Shown piece by piece: positions 48,501 to 58,422 of a stretch of DNA of 64,000 nt (within the stretch, counting starts at the first letter, position 1; every line of letters begins with the position of its first letter). The position numbers were made by a program, and so were the translations under genes. Below the pieces are notes generated by a model. That model saw only the letters and a program-made list of their open reading frames with translations, did no database searches and was not told where the DNA came from. The DNA is from Acidobacteriota bacterium (GTDB lineage Bacteria > Acidobacteriota > UBA6911): the NCBI GenBank assembly GCA_963664705.1, contig OY761556.1, positions 1,824,001 through 1,888,000 on the forward strand. The letters are read 5' to 3'.

Positions 48501-49571
48501 ATGACGATGCTAGATCAACCCGATCGATGGAAGCCCATCGACCCCCGTTCCATGTATTTGCTGGTAGAGGCTTTCCCTGAGCATATCCAGACCGCAGCGC
48601 TTGTTGAGCCGGAGGGAACCCTTCCGGATATCCGCGATGCCGGTTCGCTGATTGTCAGCGGTCTTGGCGGATCGGCAATAGGGGGGGATCTGGCACGAAG
48701 CATTGCCGGGCGAAACCTGCGGATTCCTTTCCTGGTAAGTCGAGACTATGACCTGCCTGGCTTTGTAAGCGCATCTTCCATTGTCATTGCCTGCAGCTAT
48801 TCCGGAAATACTGAAGAAACATTAAGCGCCTACCAGCAGGCCAGAAAGGCGAAGGCATCCATCGTTTGTATTACTTCGGGCGGTCAGTTGGAAGCGCTGG
48901 CAAAAGCGGATGGTGTGCCGGTTTTCCGCCTCCAGGGCGGTCTTCCTCCCCGCGCTGCTCTGGGATATTCCCTGATCACGCTTCTCAGGGCACTGGAGAA
49001 ACTGACGCTCATTCCGAGCCAAAAACAAAACGTTCTGGAAGCAGTCGACCTGCTGAGAGCGCTAAAAGGCCGATATGGCACTTCCAGTCCGGAAAGTGAC
49101 AATAGAGCAAAAAGTCTTGCGAATGCATTAACCGGCAAGATCGTGGCGATTTATGGATCGACTGCAGTTATGGATGCGGTCGCTTTTCGATGGCGGACGC
49201 AGATTGAGGAGAATGCCAAAAATCTGGCTTTACACCAGGCTGTTCCGGAAATGAATCACAATGAGCTGGTTGGCTGGGTGTACCCGGAAGATGTTTTGAG
49301 GCGTGTCGGAGTTGTCCTGTTGCGCGATAAAGGAGATCACGCACAGGTTCAGCGACGGTTTGACTTGACGGCCGAACTCGTTGCGCGGAAGGCTGGAGTC
49401 GTGCACGAGGTTTGGAGCGAAGGGGACTCCCTTCTGGCGAGAGTATTGTCCACGCTTTACCTGGGTGACTTTGTGAGTCTGTATATGGCCTACCTCAATA
49501 ACGTCGATCCCACTCCCGTGGAAGTCATTGACTATTTGAAAAGGGAACTCGCTTCAGGCGGCCGAACATAA
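48501..49571 (+). CDS. Bifunctional phosphoglucose/phosphomannose isomerase
   Basis: GLGGSAIGG, SYSGNTEET, PPRAA, ENAK, PEMNHNE, DPTPV. Confidence 0.93.
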   Translation: MTMLDQPDRWKPIDPRSMYLLVEAFPEHIQTAALVEPEGTLPDIRDAGSLIVSGLGGSAIGGDLARSIAGRNLRIPFLVSRDYDLPGFVSASSIVIACSYSGNTEETLSAYQQARKAKASIVCITSGGQLEALAKADGVPVFRLQGGLPPRAALGYSLITLLRALEKLTLIPSQKQNVLEAVDLLRALKGRYGTSSPESDNRAKSLANALTGKIVAIYGSTAVMDAVAFRWRTQIEENAKNLALHQAVPEMNHNELVGWVYPEDVLRRVGVVLLRDKGDHAQVQRRFDLTAELVARKAGVVHEVWSEGDSLLARVLSTLYLGDFVSLYMAYLNNVDPTPVEVIDYLKRELASGGRT

Positions 49572-49632
49572 TCAGATTTGCATCCGGATAATTTGGACCA
49601 TTTCAAATTCCTGATCTCTTTAGGAGGGAACC

Positions 49633-50991
49633 GTGCGCAGAGAGATTTTTCGTGAATACGATATTCGTGGGATAGCTGGCAAAGACCTCACTGCCGGAAC
49701 CGTCGAAGAGCTCGGGCTGGGAATCGGGACGCTGCTGCGTCGTGCGGGAAGCAAAACAATCACGGTGGGACGCGATTGTCGTCCGAGTTCGGACGGCTTT
49801 CGTGATGCTTTGATTGAAGGCTTGACCGCCACCGGTCTGTCTGTCGTTGATATTGGCGTGGTCCCGACACCCCTCCTGTACTATTCCATCATTCAGTTGA
49901 AGAGCGACGGTGGAATCATGATCACCGGCAGCCACAATCCGGCGGAATACAATGGGTTCAAAACCTGCCTGGGATCCGATTCTGTTTATGGCGAGCAAAT
50001 TCAGGAGATTTACCGGCTGATTGAAGCACGCGACTTTGAGCGCGGAAAGGGAGCCCTCTCTTCAGCCGATGTGAGCCCTTCCTACAAGGGCTACGTTCTG
50101 GATCAAATCAAGCTGGCTCGCCCGGTGCGTGTTGCCCTGGATTGCGGCAACGGGACAGGGTGCCTCATGGCACCGGAAATAGTCGGAGCTTTGGGCTGCG
50201 ATATTACCAAGCTCTATTGCGATATGGATGGAAACTTCCCGAATCACCATCCTGACCCCACAGTCGTGGAAAACCTGGTTGATTTGCAGCAGGCGGTAAA
50301 AACGAAGGGTCTCGAACTGGGCATTGCCTTTGACGGAGACGCCGACCGGATTGGGGTCATTGCCGATGACGGGCGCATTATCTGGGGAGATCTGCTCCTG
50401 GCGCTCTATGCGCGGGAAATATTGCAGCGCAAGCCGGGCTCCACATTCATTGCGGAAGTGAAGTGCTCCATGAATCTCTTCCGTGATATTGAGAAGCACG
50501 GAGGCCGAGCCATCATGTGGAAAACCGGCCACTCTCTCATCAAGACAAAAATGAAGAAGGAAAAGGCTGCTCTTGCGGGAGAGATGAGCGGTCATATGTT
50601 CTTTGCTGATCGATATCTTGGATATGATGATGCAATCTATGCCGCCGGCCGAATTCTTGAACTGGTATCCAATTCGCCGGTTCCGCTGAGCCGGATGCTT
50701 TCAGATATTCCGCCTACCTTTGTTACGCCCGAAATCCGCGTTCAATGCGACGATGAGAAGAAGTTCGGAGTGGTGGAGAAAGTTAAGGCGTATTTCCGAC
50801 AAAAGCACGAGGTGATTGAGGTCGATGGCGCGCGGATTCTTTTTCCCAAGGGATGGGGATTGGTGCGGGCTTCAAATACGCAGGATGTACTGGTCATGCG
50901 CTTTGAGGCTGAGACCCAGGGCGAATTGGATGCCATGCGCGCGCAGGTCGAAGAACAGGTGCAAAAGGCAAAAGCCGATTTTGCCGGATAG
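49633..50991 (+). CDS. Phosphomannomutase/phosphoglucomutase
   Basis: FREYDIRG, TGSHNP, DGDADR, GEMSGH, RASNT; AGGAGG RBS with GTG start. Confidence 0.96.
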   Translation: MRREIFREYDIRGIAGKDLTAGTVEELGLGIGTLLRRAGSKTITVGRDCRPSSDGFRDALIEGLTATGLSVVDIGVVPTPLLYYSIIQLKSDGGIMITGSHNPAEYNGFKTCLGSDSVYGEQIQEIYRLIEARDFERGKGALSSADVSPSYKGYVLDQIKLARPVRVALDCGNGTGCLMAPEIVGALGCDITKLYCDMDGNFPNHHPDPTVVENLVDLQQAVKTKGLELGIAFDGDADRIGVIADDGRIIWGDLLLALYAREILQRKPGSTFIAEVKCSMNLFRDIEKHGGRAIMWKTGHSLIKTKMKKEKAALAGEMSGHMFFADRYLGYDDAIYAAGRILELVSNSPVPLSRMLSDIPPTFVTPEIRVQCDDEKKFGVVEKVKAYFRQKHEVIEVDGARILFPKGWGLVRASNTQDVLVMRFEAETQGELDAMRAQVEEQVQKAKADFAG

Positions 50992-51077
50992 GTTGGCTGG
51001 CTTCACATGAATTCGCCATAACGGGTCGGAAATGCGATACAATACGGGAAACCATTTTCGGAGAGGACTCAGGGTTC

Positions 51078-51950
51078 ATGATGCCCAGATACAGGAATGG
51101 CATCGCAGTTCTATTACTGTGGTTTCTGACCGCAATCTGTGCGAACGCCGGCTCGAAAGCGTTCGTTTATGTGAGCCGGCAGCAGATCATCACTGCAGAG
51201 GTTGCCTCTGAACACTCCTTCGTGGTGAACTTCATCAACCTGTCGGATTTTGTAACCGTGGTTCAGCCCAACGACTTTATTTACAAGGGTGGCTCCGGAC
51301 GGTTTTATATCGGACAGGTTTACGAGCGGGAAATCAAGGATACAAAAGGCGAAAGCCAGAAATACTCCGCAACAGTGCTGCTGAAGCCACACTCGTTTTC
51401 GGGTCTTACAATTGTGGGCGCGTTTCATGAACAGGAAGACATTGTCGAGTTGAGTGTCCGGATAGGGTCAAAGCGGTTCTATCTGACTCCTTTCGAGAAG
51501 ATTCCGTTTGAGCAGCTGGCAGCCAAGATCGGCGATCTGGATCTGACAAACCCCAGTGCAGGAGCAGCGCTGGCAGACGCCAATATATCGGAGATAGGTT
51601 CGGCAAAGAGCACGGACGGCGGTTCGGAGTGGGATCGCGACTGGCAGGGACTTGTGCTGCAGGATGGGGTCAATCCGCCAAAAATAATTGAGCGGCCCGC
51701 AATAATGCCTACTCCCGAATCCAAAAAATCCCGAACCTTCGGAAAAGTCAGACTTGCCGGAGTTATTACAAAAAATGGCGGCCTTCAGGATCTAAAGGTT
51801 GTCAAAAGCCTGGGTAGAGGTCTTGATCAGAGGGCTATGGACGGGGTGAAAAACAGTTGGGTTTTTCTTCCGGCAACGAGGAACGGAGAAGTGCTCGAGA
51901 CGCAAATCTCGATCGATGTAGACTTCCCGTCGCCGGATCAGAAGCAGTAG
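51078..51950 (+). CDS. Secreted protein with C-terminal TonB_C domain
   Basis: GKVRL..VI..G..KVVKSLG.GLD..A..W.F.PA..NG; N-terminal domain not recognised. Confidence 0.75.
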   Translation: MMPRYRNGIAVLLLWFLTAICANAGSKAFVYVSRQQIITAEVASEHSFVVNFINLSDFVTVVQPNDFIYKGGSGRFYIGQVYEREIKDTKGESQKYSATVLLKPHSFSGLTIVGAFHEQEDIVELSVRIGSKRFYLTPFEKIPFEQLAAKIGDLDLTNPSAGAALADANISEIGSAKSTDGGSEWDRDWQGLVLQDGVNPPKIIERPAIMPTPESKKSRTFGKVRLAGVITKNGGLQDLKVVKSLGRGLDQRAMDGVKNSWVFLPATRNGEVLETQISIDVDFPSPDQKQ

Positions 51951-51968
51951 TTATCCCGGAGGGACGCA

Positions 51969-53303
51969 ATGAAATTCGTAGCGAGAACCTGGTTGTTCAT
52001 GCTTCTGGCATTGCCTCTGCAGGCCCAGAACTGGCCTTCCTTTCGTGGGCCGGGTGCCACGGGAATTCAGGAGGGGAAAAGCCTCCCTGCCACATGGAAT
52101 ATTGAAAAGGCAGAAAATATCCTGTGGAAAACGGCCATTCCTGGACTGGCGCACTCCAGCCCGGTGGTTTGGGGCAATCGGGTCTTTGTTACAACCGCAA
52201 TCGCCAGCGACCAAAACAAGATCATGCAGATCGGGCAGGTAAACCCGCTGGGCGATGCCAAGGATATGTCGCGCCAATCCTGGCGGGTCTATTGCATTGA
52301 CCGCCTGTCAGGGAAAATCCTGTGGGAAAAGATTGCGCAAGAAGCGGAGCCACGTGTCAAACGGCACCCCAAGACAACGCATGCATCGGCAACTCCGGCG
52401 ACCGATGGGAAACACCTGGTCGTTCTTTTTGCTTCCGGTGGACTCTATTGCTACGACCTTAAGGGAAATTTGCGCTGGAATCAGGACCTTGGAGTTTTGA
52501 ATGCAAACTGGGCCGATAAACCCGAAGTGCAATGGGGCCCTGCAAGTTCTCCTATCCTCTACAAGAACCTGGTCATCGTTCAATGCGATATCGAAAAGGA
52601 CTCCTTCATCGCCGCCTTCAATGCGAATACGGGCAAAAAAGTCTGGAGCACACCGCGGAAAACCATCGCTTCCTGGTCGACACCCACTGTTTTCAGCGGC
52701 AAAGCCGGCCAGGAACTGGTCATCACCGGCAGTGAGGATATTCGTGGCTATGAGCCATTGACGGGCAAGGAATTATGGGTGCTGCGTCCGACCTCCCGCA
52801 TCACCGTTCCCACTCCCTTTGCAGCCGGGAATCTACTCTATGCGGCAAGTGGTTATGGCCGCGGTATACAGCCCATCTACGCGATTGTTCCCGGCGCCCG
52901 GGGCGATATCAGCCTGAAAGAGGGGGTTGTAAAAAGCGAACGGGTTGCCTGGAGCACACAGAAGGGAGCTCCCTACATTACGACACCCATTGTGTACCAG
53001 GGATATCTCTATATTGCCGGATATAACGGCGTGTTTGCCTGTTACAACGCCATAAGTGGTGAGAAGATTTACGAGCAACGACTGGGTCCGGGAGGATTCT
53101 TCAGTTCCTCTCCGGTGGCTGGAGATGGAAAAATTTACGCAATAAGTGAAGATGGCGAGGCGTATGTAATAAAGGCAGGGCCCAAGTTCGAACTGATATC
53201 CAGTGTTTCCCTGGGTGAGGTATGCATGGCCACGCCTGCGCTGTCGCAGGGTATGATAATCATTCGCACCCTGACCCAATTGGTTGGAATCGGTGCGAAA
53301 TAG
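51969..53303 (+). CDS. PQQ-like (BamB-like) beta-propeller secreted protein
   Basis: [15 protein letters not shown], repeated G...W docking motifs. Confidence 0.88.
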   Translation: MKFVARTWLFMLLALPLQAQNWPSFRGPGATGIQEGKSLPATWNIEKAENILWKTAIPGLAHSSPVVWGNRVFVTTAIASDQNKIMQIGQVNPLGDAKDMSRQSWRVYCIDRLSGKILWEKIAQEAEPRVKRHPKTTHASATPATDGKHLVVLFASGGLYCYDLKGNLRWNQDLGVLNANWADKPEVQWGPASSPILYKNLVIVQCDIEKDSFIAAFNANTGKKVWSTPRKTIASWSTPTVFSGKAGQELVITGSEDIRGYEPLTGKELWVLRPTSRITVPTPFAAGNLLYAASGYGRGIQPIYAIVPGARGDISLKEGVVKSERVAWSTQKGAPYITTPIVYQGYLYIAGYNGVFACYNAISGEKIYEQRLGPGGFFSSSPVAGDGKIYAISEDGEAYVIKAGPKFELISSVSLGEVCMATPALSQGMIIIRTLTQLVGIGAK

Positions 53304-53380
53304 CGAGTGACAAACCGGCCTGGGCCGAATGTTTGCTGGAGAGCGTGATGGTACGCACAATAAAACGAGAGAGCCTGATT

Positions 53381-54664
53381 ATGTCATCCCGTCCTTTGTT
53401 TTTCTCTTTGCTGATACTGGTTGCGGTTTCTGCAGTCGGCGGTGATTGGCCTCAATTCAGGGGGCCGGATCGAAACAATATCTCAACGGAAACCGGCCTT
53501 CTCCGGAGTTGGCCCAAAGAGGGACCAAAAGTTTTGTGGAAGGTTCCTGTTTGTGAAGGCTATGCGGGCGTGGCCATCAAGGACGGGCGCGTGTATATCA
53601 ACGATTATGACGCGGCCAAAAAAGAAAATCTGATCCGGGCTTTTGGACTGGATGATGGAAAAGAGATCTGGCGATGGAGCTACCCGGTTGAGATCAGACC
53701 CAATCACGGGATCACCCGGACCGTACCGGCCGTCGGCCAGAAGCTTGTTTTTTCTCTGGACCCGAAATGCCGGTTCCACGCGCTGGATGCGAAAACAGGA
53801 AAACTCATCTGGCAGAAAAACCTGGTAGAGGAATATAAGGCGACTATTCCCGGGTGGTATGCCGGGCAGAATCCGCTGCTGGACGGGACGCGGGTGATTA
53901 TTGCCACCGGTGGCGATGCGCTGGCTGTCGCGTTTGATCAGGCAACGGGAAAAGAAATCTGGCGGACTCCCAACACAACGAAAGAACTGATGTCGCACTC
54001 ATCCCTCATGCCGGCCACAATCGGCGGTGTGAAGCAGTATCTGTACGTGACAATGAAAAATGTCATGGGCATTGATATCGCCGATGGGAAGCTGCTGTGG
54101 AGTTGCCCCTTTTCGGCTCGCATGGTTGCGGTTCCGTCAGCCGTGGCTATCGGGGATGGAAGAATTTTTGTAACCAGTGGATACAAGGCAGGAAGCGCCA
54201 TGTATCAGGTCGAAAAAGGAGCCTCCGGGTTTACTGCGAAGAAGCTATATTCACTGACAAGCAATGAATTTGAATCGGAAGCGCATACTCCCATTCTCTT
54301 TCAAGATCACCTTTTTGCAGTAAGCAGCAAAAACCAGCGAGGGCGTTTTACCTGTCTGGGACTGGACGGGAAAGTTGTATGGGAAAGCCCGATGCCGGAA
54401 GGGAATTCCGCTGCAGCCAAGACTTTCGACCTCGGAGGCTTCATGCTTGCGGACGGTATGTTCTTTATCCTGGACGGCAAATCCGGCGTGCTGCGCCTGC
54501 TCGAGGCCAGTACCAAGGAATATAAGGAACTTGCCTCTGCCCAGATTCTGGGTGAAGAGGATGTATGGGGACCGCTGGCACTCTCGAACGGGAAGCTGAT
54601 CATTCGGGATATGAGCCAGTTGTTTTGTTTGCAGGTAGGTAAGCCTGGAGGAGCAAAAAAGTAG
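53381..54664 (+). CDS. PQQ-like beta-propeller secreted protein
   Basis: DWPQFRGP, LDAKTGKLIW, FDQATGKEIW repeats; alternative start at 53348. Confidence 0.88.
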   Translation: MSSRPLFFSLLILVAVSAVGGDWPQFRGPDRNNISTETGLLRSWPKEGPKVLWKVPVCEGYAGVAIKDGRVYINDYDAAKKENLIRAFGLDDGKEIWRWSYPVEIRPNHGITRTVPAVGQKLVFSLDPKCRFHALDAKTGKLIWQKNLVEEYKATIPGWYAGQNPLLDGTRVIIATGGDALAVAFDQATGKEIWRTPNTTKELMSHSSLMPATIGGVKQYLYVTMKNVMGIDIADGKLLWSCPFSARMVAVPSAVAIGDGRIFVTSGYKAGSAMYQVEKGASGFTAKKLYSLTSNEFESEAHTPILFQDHLFAVSSKNQRGRFTCLGLDGKVVWESPMPEGNSAAAKTFDLGGFMLADGMFFILDGKSGVLRLLEASTKEYKELASAQILGEEDVWGPLALSNGKLIIRDMSQLFCLQVGKPGGAKK

Positions 54665-55707
54665 TGGAAGACTCGCAAGAAAAAAAATCTGCCGATTTGA
54701 TTGAGCGTTTGAAAAAAGGCATATTCCCGCCTGCCGCTGTTGCCGGTGCGTTTGTCTCCTTTGCCGCTGCCGCCAAAGGTTCGGTTTTGAAAGTGTCGGA
54801 TAAAAGGAAAGCAGATTCAGTCTCCGGCCAAGTCGGTTCATCGGAGCCCCGGCCTGCGCTCAGCTTGCCTTTGAAGTATGTACAGTGCGGTGCTCTTGAG
54901 ATGCGCTTTCAACGGAGCCTCCTGTGCCTAGCGATCGGGCCACGGGATTTGATTTACGCGCTGGGCGATGGAGAAGTTCGAGTGTTCGAGAAGTCCGGAA
55001 AATATATCCGGAGTTGGAGAGCGCCCGAAAGTGCATCCTGCCTCACAGTCGGACCCGATGAACGCATCTGCATTGGCGCTACAGACCGCGTTTATCTTGT
55101 CGACAAATCAGGTTCCCCAGTGGGTTCTTTCCACGTCGGCGCTCCTGGGCATTCAGCCAATATTACCGCGGTTAAGTTTGCCGGCAGAGAAGTATTGGTT
55201 GCCGACGCAGCCGCCCGATGCATTCTTCGATTCGATGAAAGAGGGAAGCAACTGGGCGAAATCGGGAATCAGAACAAGACCCGGGGATTCATCCTGCCTA
55301 ACAAATCACTCGATATCGATGTGGATGCACAGGGTGTGATTCTCGCAACCGATTCCGGACGTCATCGGGTTACGACCTGGAAACTTGACGGAGAGCCTGT
55401 GCGGCAGTTCGGAAAGTTCGGGCTGAGTCACCCTCAGGACTTTGTCGGCTGCTGCAACCCTGTAAATATTGCATTTGCGCCCGAAGGTCGAATCGTAACC
55501 GCCGAAAAGGTGGCCGCGCGCGTCAAGGTATTCGACTCCGAGGGACGCCTGTTGGGCTTGATTGGTCCGGAGCATTTCGATCCCAAGTGCACGAAATTCC
55601 ATCTTGCCGTTGATTCGCAGGGTCGGATTCTGATAGCAGATCCAGTGCGCATGGAGGTTAAGATTTTTTCCATTGCGGCAGGGACCGGAGGCCGGGAGAA
55701 CGTATGA
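54664..55707 (+). CDS. NHL-repeat beta-propeller with a GCCNP motif
   Basis: VAD..I.RFD..G, ATDSGRHRV, AVDSQGRILIAD repeats. Confidence 0.8.
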   Translation: MEDSQEKKSADLIERLKKGIFPPAAVAGAFVSFAAAAKGSVLKVSDKRKADSVSGQVGSSEPRPALSLPLKYVQCGALEMRFQRSLLCLAIGPRDLIYALGDGEVRVFEKSGKYIRSWRAPESASCLTVGPDERICIGATDRVYLVDKSGSPVGSFHVGAPGHSANITAVKFAGREVLVADAAARCILRFDERGKQLGEIGNQNKTRGFILPNKSLDIDVDAQGVILATDSGRHRVTTWKLDGEPVRQFGKFGLSHPQDFVGCCNPVNIAFAPEGRIVTAEKVAARVKVFDSEGRLLGLIGPEHFDPKCTKFHLAVDSQGRILIADPVRMEVKIFSIAAGTGGRENV

Positions 55708-56291
55708 GCGAAAAAACCAACCGCCGTCAGTTTATTGACCGGTCTTTACGGATAGCCGGTTTCGTCGGGATCGGAGGAGCCGCTGCGGTCCTTACCCATC
55801 GCGCAGCCAAGAGCAATGTTTTTCAGGTCGATCCGTCCCGTTGCGCAGCCTGCGACCTTTGCCGAACCTCCTGCGTTCTGAGCCTGTCTGCCGTAAAGGC
55901 GGTGAATGAATTCACCAAATGCGGCTATTGTCAGCTTTGTCCGGCCTACTACGATGTGGCTAGCCAGCCTGACGAAATGGGACTTCCTACCGGGAAAACA
56001 TGCCCGCAGGATGCGCTGAAACGCAAGGTAGTGGGAAAAGTCGACAAAGAGGATCCCAATAACAACTACTACGAATACACGATTGATGAGTCCCTTTGCG
56101 ACGGCTGCGGCAAGTGCGTCAAAGCATGTAAGCCCCCCGCGGGAAACGGGTCCCTGCATCTGCAAATCCGCTATAGCCGGTGCCATGAATGCGATTCGTG
56201 TGCCATTGGGGTTGTTTGTCCGGAAAGCGCAATCGTACGCGTGCCGGTACCTGGTATGCCGCCTGCGGCCAAAGAGGCGGAGTCAGAATAA
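55704..56291 (+). CDS. Tat-exported polyferredoxin (about four [4Fe-4S]; NapG/MauM-like)
   Basis: NRRQFI twin-arginine leader; four Cys cluster motifs. Confidence 0.85.
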   Translation: MSEKTNRRQFIDRSLRIAGFVGIGGAAAVLTHRAAKSNVFQVDPSRCAACDLCRTSCVLSLSAVKAVNEFTKCGYCQLCPAYYDVASQPDEMGLPTGKTCPQDALKRKVVGKVDKEDPNNNYYEYTIDESLCDGCGKCVKACKPPAGNGSLHLQIRYSRCHECDSCAIGVVCPESAIVRVPVPGMPPAAKEAESE

Positions 56292-56297
56292 CCATCT

Positions 56298-57710
56298 ATG
56301 ACAGTTCCAACTATGTCAAAACATCGCAAAGTGCGTGCGGCTTATGGCTGGACGTTATCGTTTTTGTTGCTTTGGTTGATGATTCCATGGTCGCTCCCAG
56401 CGCAATACCAGAAAAAACCACCTGATTTTGGCGGAACGCATACGTTTCCGACGCCATCTCATCCGGAACCTGCTGCGGATTGGATGCGTTTGCTGGATGT
56501 CGGTCTTCTCGCTGTTGCGCTTGGTGTCGCTGCCTGGCTGGTCTTCAAGAATCGCAATCGCAAAGGAATGGTTCTGCTGAGTCTGTGCAGCGTTGCCTAC
56601 TTCGGCTTTTTTCGAAAGGGCTGCATCTGCCCGGTTGGTGCCATTCAAAATGTCGTACTCTGCCTTGCCAACCCTCAGTACAGTATATCCTTTGGCGTGA
56701 TTGCGATATTTTTCCTTCCGCTGCTAATGGCGTTGCTGTTCGGACGCGTTTTTTGCGGCGGGGTTTGCCCGCTTGGGGCGATCCAGGACCTCGTTCTGTT
56801 TAAGGCTGTGAAAGTACCCGTAAGACTGGATCGGATACTCCGGTGGCTACAGTATGCCTACCTTGCAATCGCCGTCTACTTCGCAGGGTGGGGATTGCAA
56901 ATGAAAATTGGAGCCTGGCAGATTAAAACTGGGCAGCGATTTCTGATCTGCGAATTGGATCCATTTATTCCGATCTTTCGCCGATCCGGTCCCTTTTACA
57001 TGGTGGTAATCGCGGCCGTCTTTGTAATTGCCGCCATGTTTATTGGCCGTCCCTATTGCCGGTGGCTCTGTCCCTATGGCGGCCTTCTCTCGCTGCTCTC
57101 CAGAATTGCCTGGAAAAACGTAAGCATTACTCCAGACAAAGAATTGAATTGCGGCAAATGTAATGATGCCTGTCCACATGGCGCCATAAAGGAAATGCGG
57201 GCAGATCGGGCCAACTGTATGGCCTGCTCTCGATGCTATGAATATTGCCCGCGCCAGAAGCGGCTGGTTGCTTTGCGCGCCGGCCCGCAAAAGCCCGGGA
57301 AAATTCTCTCCCCAGCGCCAAAGCCCTGGGAGGCGGTAGCCCGGACCTGGGTTGGAATTCTGACCTCCGGCATTCTGGTGCTTTCCTCCATGCTTCTGCT
57401 TGGGACCTACGTTCAGGCCCGGCGCGTTCAGCCCGCTCAAAAAGTACTGGTAGATAGCTTGAAGGAAAAAGCTATTAACGATGCTGAAATACAAAAAATC
57501 CTTCAACCGGAACTTGAAAGACAGCATAACTCTGCCGTATTGAGACGGTCGATTTATTCGCTGGGCGGAGACACGCTTCTGATTTCTGCCGTGATTTTTC
57601 TTTTTTGGCTGGCGCGATTCCGACCGAGTTATGGAGCGGGTGCCGGAGCTCCTGATGTCATTCTTCGCTGGCTCGAAAAGCCTCCGGAGCAAAAGAAGAA
57701 ACCTTGCTAA
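56298..57710 (+). CDS. Membrane polyferredoxin (NapH/MauN/NosR-C-terminal-like)
   Basis: GRVFCGGVCPLG, RPYCRWLCPYG, two ferredoxin-type motifs, multiple TM helices. Confidence 0.88.
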   Translation: MTVPTMSKHRKVRAAYGWTLSFLLLWLMIPWSLPAQYQKKPPDFGGTHTFPTPSHPEPAADWMRLLDVGLLAVALGVAAWLVFKNRNRKGMVLLSLCSVAYFGFFRKGCICPVGAIQNVVLCLANPQYSISFGVIAIFFLPLLMALLFGRVFCGGVCPLGAIQDLVLFKAVKVPVRLDRILRWLQYAYLAIAVYFAGWGLQMKIGAWQIKTGQRFLICELDPFIPIFRRSGPFYMVVIAAVFVIAAMFIGRPYCRWLCPYGGLLSLLSRIAWKNVSITPDKELNCGKCNDACPHGAIKEMRADRANCMACSRCYEYCPRQKRLVALRAGPQKPGKILSPAPKPWEAVARTWVGILTSGILVLSSMLLLGTYVQARRVQPAQKVLVDSLKEKAINDAEIQKILQPELERQHNSAVLRRSIYSLGGDTLLISAVIFLFWLARFRPSYGAGAGAPDVILRWLEKPPEQKKKPC

Positions 57711-57731
57711 GCACTTTTGAATGGACGAAAA

Positions 57732-58154
57732 ATGGCTTCCTGCATCTTTCACGATACAACGCCTGCTTCCCATGAACGGCAGGTATTTGAGCTTGTAGAG
57801 AGGGCTTATAGCAAGAGGGAACGAGTCCTGGTTTTTGTTTCCGACGAAGCACGGGCGATGGGTATCGATCGAACGCTGTGGATTCTAAAACAGGAAGCCT
57901 TTATCCCTCACCGAATTTTTGCGGCGGATGAGGTGGATTCCGATGTCGCAGTTGCCATTGTTTCCAGCGAAACAAACCCGAACTCCGCCGGAATACTGAT
58001 CGCGGATGGGCATTGCGGTCTGGATTTTGCGGGCGGGTTTCAGACTATTCATGAGTTTGTGAATCGTAGTTCTCCCGAAATGCACCAGGCTTGCAGGGAG
58101 AGGTTCAAAAGCTATCGCCAGCTTCAGATTCCCACGGAATATATCCAGTCCTAG
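57732..58154 (+). CDS. holC: DNA polymerase III subunit chi
   Basis: IDRTLW....FIPH, EFV, RERFKSYR. Confidence 0.8.
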   Translation: MASCIFHDTTPASHERQVFELVERAYSKRERVLVFVSDEARAMGIDRTLWILKQEAFIPHRIFAADEVDSDVAVAIVSSETNPNSAGILIADGHCGLDFAGGFQTIHEFVNRSSPEMHQACRERFKSYRQLQIPTEYIQS

Positions 58155-58254
58155 CTGTGGCTAGTGGGGTGGGCCCACGCGGCCAAGGCCGCATACTAAG
58201 TGCCCAAGGAACTTGGAAGTGCCATGCCTATCAGCCTAGAAGGGGCAATCAGAA

Positions 58255-58299
58255 AGCAGCCAGGGGAGAAGCGCAGCGCCCCCCCAGGCTGCTCTCTTT
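58255..58299 (+). terminator. Terminator-like hairpin
   Basis: agcagcc-agggg...cccca-ggctgct followed by ctcttt. Confidence 0.5.
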
Positions 58300-58344
58300 C
58301 GGCTCTCCGGGCCTGGTAACTCACTCGCGTCTCAGGGCATGGGC

Positions 58345-58407
58345 CATTCCGGCGGAATCAGCGTCGTGAGGAGCCACTGCCTTGGCCGGCGAGACGGCGT
58401 CTCCCAG
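58345..58407. repeat. Composite palindromic repeat, copy B
   Basis: The 18-nt cggcggaatcagcgtcgt (58350-58367) is identical to 11904-11921, followed by a similar cgagacgg..ctccc end. Confidence 0.7.
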
Positions 58408-58422
58408 TGCGCAAACGCGGTG

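Noticed and set aside
58330-58400. GCCACTG resembling part of a cobalamin riboswitch
   Set aside because: Other conserved elements are absent, it lies between convergent genes, and it is explained by the repeat family.
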